A stretch of 13,200 nt of DNA. It comes from Selaginella moellendorffii. Its lineage: Eukaryota; Plantae; Lycopodiophyta. Under the pieces are notes generated by a model. The model had not been told where the DNA came from and did not search any database. It saw nothing but the letters and a program-made list of their open reading frames with translations. The translations under genes and the position numbers were made by a program. The stretch spans positions 1-13,200 of the forward strand of contig NW_003314555.1 of assembly GCF_000143415.4 (NCBI RefSeq), read 5' to 3'. Positions 7,981-13,200 of the stretch are shown here, piece after piece. Each line of letters starts with the position of its first letter. The first letter of the stretch is position 1.

Positions 7981-10038
7981 TTACGATTTGAAATACTGCG
8001 CACAAGCGGGGCACATGAACGGTACCTGAGTGACACAGTTGACTTCGTTTCTACGTTCTTCCCCTGCTTCTTCGACTAGATCTGCCCCCTGTTCTGGATC
8101 CACCACCAGTGCTGGATTGTAGTGGACACAAGGCTGGTGGTACCACAGGTCACAAACGTCACACTGCACCCAGGGAGCATCGCCTCTATCTTCCCAGCAG
8201 TCGGAGCAGCTTTGCAAATCCTGTGACAGACGAGAGTTCCATTAAAGAGGAAAAGGAACAAGAAAATAAAAGACAGCATACCGTTCTGGCTGTGTTTTTC
8301 CTGAGCTCGTCCAGCGTCTCATCAATCCTCGAAAGTTGTACACTAAAGAAGCTGAAAGGCATCACGACAACATAATACTCGAGGCCAGGATGCACTCTGG
8401 ATGTTGCTCGGTATGAGACCCACCTGTCCGTGTAAATCACCCACACAAGCACCTTGATCCGCTTGTCGCCAACAAACAGTTCCTCAGCCTTCTTTGCCGT
8501 CTTCTTGTGATGAGTGATGGCGTTCTTGGCGACAGAAAAATGGAGAGCCACGATAAAGTTTTCGTCTTCCAAGTAGGTGTCAATGCCAGCGTGGTTAAAG
8601 TCGTATGGGACATGCATTGTTCCTTCAACGGAGAGCAGCTTTCCGGACATTGGTCCATGGAAGTTGAGGACGTGCTTCACTGTTATGTGTGCTCTTTTGC
8701 CTTGTGCGTAATAAAAGCCTTGAGTCATAAACTTTGTGCTGAGGATTCCCGCCATTTCGGCATTCCAGCCGATGCGAGCCATGTTGTCGTCCTTAGCAAC
8801 GGCTTGTACCCAGAAGGTGACCTGCTTCCGCTGCTCATCGAGGTCATCCTCGCGCATGAGTCCAGCTAAGGTGCTAAGCGCATAGGAATGAAAATGAGGG
8901 GTGAGAGCCTCGAGCGTTCCATCTTTGCCCACGTAGAAGCACTTGGGCTCTAGCAGCAGAGGAAGCCTTGGAACTGTTTCTGTGCCCGTCAACTCTTTCT
9001 GGAGATGCTCTCGAACGTTCCCTCCCAGGTGGCGCTGGATGAACGTACGTATATCTGCCTCAAATGATATGATGCACTGGTGGAACACTTCCATGTCTGT
9101 GTCGAATTGATCCAGCAGCCTTGGAACTCGACCTGTTTTAGACAGATCGACGCGCTGGAACTGAAAGAGGTTGAGATAGGATGCCAGTTCTTTGTCCTAC
9201 AAAGCGCACACATCTCAGAATGTGAAGAACAAGACGCCTAAGAACTTACATTCAGTCCTCCAACAACCAGCTTGTACTGCGGGGCCTTGGGATGACGAAG
9301 GACTTGCGTCCATACACTTGAAATTGAAGCGCAAAAGACGACGACACAATACTCGAGAAGGCGGCAGAGAGATTGTACCCCCGGACTATCTCTCGCCATG
9401 TTGCCGTCATCAACGACAATGGTCAGGTCCACATTTATCATCCTCTTCAAGAAGTTTTCCACGTCGAAGATCGATACTTGGCCCGCCTCTATCGCTTCGA
9501 GCTCCTGCAAGGCAGCGTTGTCGTCCACAAAAGCCTGAAACAGCCCATCCCAGAGCGTATTCTCCGGGGCCCAGGCCATTTGAGCTCCGTCGACCAGCAT
9601 AATCCGACGCGGCCGAGACGAGGAGCCGATCCTGTCGCGCGCGAACTTGCCATAGAGGTAGAGCACAGACGCTGCGACGCTGCAACTCTTGCCAGCGCCC
9701 GGGGTGCCCGTTATGTACCTGAAACCGTAAATACCGTAAGGACGAAGCTGCTTGCGACCGCGCTTTCCTGGAGGCGAGACTATCTTCGATTCTGGGAGTT
9801 TGACCTCGGGGCGCTCCTCCTCTATGAAATCGATGAGCTCCTTGGTGAGAGGCCTGCCCATGTAATCAAACGTCGTCCGGTGCGAGAAATGGTAGACTTC
9901 CATAACCTTGGTCGGATCCTGAAGATCGGCTTCAGTGAGCAGGGCGGAGAAAGCCATGAGCAGCCCATGGATCCTCTCCGCATCCTCACGACGGACATCC
10001 ACAACCCTCTGGCGCTTGACACCGCCGCCGTCTTCCAT
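7981..10038 (-). CDS. 647-aa P-loop NTPase + restriction-endonuclease-like domain + PHD finger protein (Crinkler/RHS-type NTPase-REase-like); exons 10038-9250, 9196-8282, 8220-7981
   Basis: ATG at 10038 (the 10062 start in the track is TTG). Intron 1 9249-9197 (53 nt, GTAAGT..TTTGTAG) and intron 2 8281-8221 (61 nt, GTATGC..CACAG) are both phase 0 and join three track ORFs in frame (263+305+79 aa) with no stops. Walker A GTPGAGKS (9708-9685), Walker B-like IVVDD (9420-9406), TGRVPRLL, HVPYDFNHAGIDTYL..IVALHFSVAK..HH, and a C4HC3 PHD. The gene structure is well supported; the REase/CR assignment is less certain. Confidence 0.8.
7996..8208 (-). other. PHD finger (C4HC3) in exon 3
   Basis: C-S-D-C ... 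W-V-Q-C-D-V-C-D-L-W-Y-H-Q-P-C ... F-M-C-P-A-C; all eight zinc ligands are present. Confidence 0.85.
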
Positions 10039-10049
10039 CCCAATACAAA

Positions 10050-10071
10050 AAACCCTATCCAAAAACCCTAA
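10050..10071. promoter_or_regulatory. Two telo-boxes (AAACCCTA) just upstream of the ATG
   Basis: AAACCCTA at 10050-10057 and AAACCCTAA at 10063-10071, 12-33 nt upstream of the ATG at 10038; a typical position near plant TSSs and 5' UTRs. Confidence 0.6.
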
Positions 10072-11118
10072 TAGTGCAGAGACGTTACGAAAGGAATATA
10101 TGTAAAAAATAAAGAATTTTGGACTATTTTCTCCCCATTTGAGTTGGCTATGGTGTGTGAGCTATGGTGCTCACCACTATCTCTAGGAAGCTACCTCTCA
10201 ATGTCTGTGACCCAGATTATTTACCTTGAGAGCTATTGAGAATGCTGAAGCTGTGCTTATAGTTTGAAAATATAAACTATAGGTGCAACACAATTTGCAC
10301 CTTATCATTTTATGTCAAATCCAACATAGCACTGCCACGATTGAGTTGCTTTGTCTAGGACAAACAAACTCACTCTTATTGGCCACTTCACTACTAGATA
10401 TTCTGCAACATGGCTTATTATCGCCAGGTTATTGTTTTGCATCTTCATTTCTCTTTCTTGTTTTTTCTTCTTTCAGTCTCTGGGAGGCATATGTATTCCT
10501 TTTCTCTTGAAGGAATGTTTGGTGGTCTACAAAATGATATAGGATTGTAATAGTTATCTTTGCCACCACTTAGGATTTACATTCTCTCCATCTATTCCTC
10601 CTTTTATGTCCATTGCAATCCTAGACCTTTAGTCATAAGTTCCACTTGTTTCCTCTCGAAAGGAATCTCCATTCCTTAACCAGGATGCCAGTAGGTATGG
10701 ATCTCTATGTTGCTTTGTTTATCCTAAATGATCATCCACCAGAGCTGCTGGCAACGATCAAATGGAAAGTTCCAAGGGATAATGCTGGCCTGGCTGCGTG
10801 AACGATCAAAGATCGTAGATCAGGTTTCGCCACTCTCCCTATATCCTCACCGTCTTTGCCTGATTTCTCCCAAACCAAAAGAAGCAAGTCTTTCCTTGTG
10901 GGATTTGATTGATAAGTTGGAGGAAAGCGAAGTTGCTGCTGGTGCTATTGTTCTTCATTTGAATCGTCTGTGTTGATAGGGCGCCGTCAAATGCCAGTAT
11001 CCGGTTTAGAGCTAATCTGAAAATACGCTAAATATAATTTTTGATTAGAACCACTCATTTAATTAGGATAAAAACCAACCCAACAAAATTTACAACAGGC
11101 AAAATTTGGCTGTCCATT

Positions 11119-13200
11119 TTATATCAACATCCCCATCTTCTTCCGAGCAGCCTTGAGCTCCTCGCCAACCTTGGAAGTGTCTTCCATCAGAAACTTGTCA
11201 ATCTGTGCTGCCGCTTCCCTCCCTTCGGCAATCGCCCACACAACCAGCGATTGTCCTCTTCGACAGTCACCAGCGGCAAAGACACCCTTGACATTTGTAG
11301 CAAATTTGCCATACTCTGCTTTAAATGTGGTTGCTGCATCATTGGTAGCCACTTTGAGCTTCTCAGCTACGTCCTAGAAAGTAAAATCGTCAGCTGGAAT
11401 GAAAAGAAAAGAAGAATTTAGCTCATTTCACCTGTTCTGGTCCCACGAATCCCATGGCCAAGAGCACCAAATCTGCCTCTATTATCTCTTCCGACCCTTC
11501 GATTTCCTCCCTCTGGAATCTCCCACTCGCGTCCTTAAACCACCGCACCCGTTTGAGCACCAAGCCGCTGACACGGTTATCACCATCGGTGATAAACTTC
11601 TTTGTAGTCACCTCGTACGACCTGGGGTCACTACCAAACTTCTCCTTTGCCTCGGCATGCCCGTAATCGACGCGGAAAACTCGTGGCCACTGCAACAATC
11701 GCGAGCCGTAAGGAACACTCCAACACAGAGACGAAAGGACAAGAAACTCTTACCTGTGGCCAAGGATTCCCCGGTGCACGAGTTGCAGGAGGCTGAGGAA
11801 GTAGCTCCAGATTTACAACGCTCTTGCAGCCGTGGCGGACTGCAGTGCCGATGCAATCTGTGCCTGTATCGCCTCCTCCTATCACCACCACCTTCTTGTC
11901 TTTGGCGGATATGTAGTTGTTGTCCTTGAGCCCCGAATCCAGCAAACTCTTGGTATTCGCGTGAAGAAACTCCATCGCAAAATGTATGCCTTCATATTCT
12001 CGGCCTTCTACTTTAAGGTCCCTGAAGAAAAACAAATAAAAAGATGGTTAGATTTAGAAACAAGTGAAGAATTCCATACCTGGGCTTAGTAGCGCCACAA
12101 GCAAGTAGTAAGCTATCATAGTCGGACATTAACCTCTCCACCGAGAATAACTTGTCAACTCCGACATTCGCATTAACGATGAACTCGATCCCTTCGGCAG
12201 CCATCAGGTTCACTCGCCGTTGAACGACCTCCACTTTATCGGTCTTCATGTTCGGTACACCGTACATCATGAGGCCTCCAATTCTATCCGCTCGCTCAAA
12301 CACTGTCACGGAGTGGCCGGCCTTATTGAGCTGATCAGCGGCTGCTAGACCTGCCGGACCGCTACCTACAATCGCCACTCTCTTCCTGTAAAGAGACAAC
12401 GACGTGAGAAACAAACGACGTGAGTAAAACTTGTCCCTACATACCCGGTTCGATAAGCTGGCGGACGAGGAACCATCCAACCTTCCTCAAAGGCTTTGTC
12501 GATAATGGTACACTCCATCGTCTTAATAGAGACCGGGTTCTCTATAATTCCCAAAACACAGGCACCCTCGCAAGGAGCAGGGCACACACGTCCCGTGAAC
12601 TCTGGAAAGTTGTTGGTTTCCAGGAGCCTGTCCAAGGCTTCCCGCCAACGACCTTGGTGAACAAGTTCGTTCCATTCCGGAATCTTGTTTCCAAGGGGAC
12701 ATCCACTATTATCCTGCAGATACAAAGAGATGACTAAATAACATAGATGAACTGGAGGGGAAGTCATACCTGGTTGCAGAATGGAGTGCCGCAATCCATA
12801 CACCGGGCAGACTGGGTTTTAAGGAGGTCATCATTCCTGGCGGTAGCAAGGACCTCATTCCAGTCTTGCATTCGTTCCTGGGCCGGGCGATATGGAAGTG
12901 TTTCTCGTTCATACGAGATAAATCCCCGATGCTTAACAGCGTCCGGAATTTTTGTTGGCCGCGCTTTGGCCGGAGTCTGAAAACAAGGCAAGCACGTCAG
13001 AGTTGAAGGCGACATGAATATTCAATTTTACCTCGGCTACTGCAGCCGCTCCTCCGTTGGTAGCTGCTTCAGCCATTTTCTTCAATTCCTGGAAAGCATC
13101 CACAGCGGCCAGTCGCGCTTCCTCCTCCTCTGCCGCTCTTTTCTTGGCCTTCTCCTCGTTGAGAGCTCTTTTGTAGTCGCGAGGGAAAACTTTCACGAAC
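11119..13200 (-). CDS. GLT1: NADH-dependent glutamate synthase (NADH-GOGAT), 3' part; exons >13200-13032, 12976-12770, 12713-12445, 12385-12080, 12021-11754, 11689-11432, 11373-11119
   Basis: End of the alpha-like domain [11 protein letters not shown], a linker, then the GltD-like domain in the same chain: [42 protein letters not shown] (Fe-S cysteines), GSGPAG and GGGDTG dinucleotide-binding motifs, [18 protein letters not shown]. Six GT-AG introns of 55, 56, 59, 58, 64 and 58 nt keep the frame; stop at 11121-11119. The 5' part lies outside the window. Confidence 0.98.

Noticed and set aside
9250-10038. NB-ARC/NLR resistance gene
   Set aside because: No RNBS, GLPL or MHD motifs and no LRR, TIR or CC region recognised; only a generic P-loop resemblance.
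10039-10062. N-terminal extension MDRVFCIG in the ORF track
   Set aside because: It starts at TTG and overlaps a telo-box; the first ATG is at 10038.
9373-10071. 232-aa + strand ORF (also 9192-9602, 8507-8869, 8109-8375)
   Set aside because: Antisense shadows of the GC-rich NTPase-REase-PHD exons; no recognisable motifs.
11041-12980. Several + strand ORFs (11041-11421, 11399-11929, 11832-12089, 12420-12737, 12747-12980) and off-frame - ORFs
   Set aside because: They overlap well-supported GLT1 exons and introns; shadow frames.
11119-13196. Reading the GOGAT pieces as a fragmented pseudogene or a bacterial gltB-gltD operon
   Set aside because: Canonical GT-AG introns join all pieces in frame into a single eukaryotic NADH-GOGAT chain.
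1-13200. CRISPR array, tRNA or rRNA genes
   Set aside because: No regularly spaced repeats or recognisable structural RNA sequences seen; the context is a eukaryotic nuclear locus.

Overview
Eukaryotic, land-plant-type genomic DNA with three zones. (1) ~1-7385 is an AT-rich, CpG-poor pile of dead LTR-retrotransposon fragments: Ty3/Gypsy gag, PR-RT-RH-INT and a second integrase with GPY/F region and a chromodomain start on +, meeting tail-to-tail with a Ty1/Copia RT-RNase H-PPT-LTR fragment on -. (2) 7981-10038 (-) is an apparently intact three-exon gene that the ORF track splits into three pieces. Spliced at canonical GT-AG introns it encodes 647 aa: P-loop NTPase + restriction-endonuclease-like (PD-(D/E)xK-type) segment + C-terminal PHD finger. 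This resembles a Crinkler/RHS (CR)-type NTPase-REase module fused to a chromatin reader and is the main candidate for an undescribed system. (3) 11119-13200 (-) holds the last seven exons of NADH-dependent glutamate synthase (NADH-GOGAT/GLT1). All eight confidently called introns are 53-64 nt, suggesting a compact genome such as the lycophyte Selaginella (inference only). All domain calls are by eye from motifs; no database search was run.
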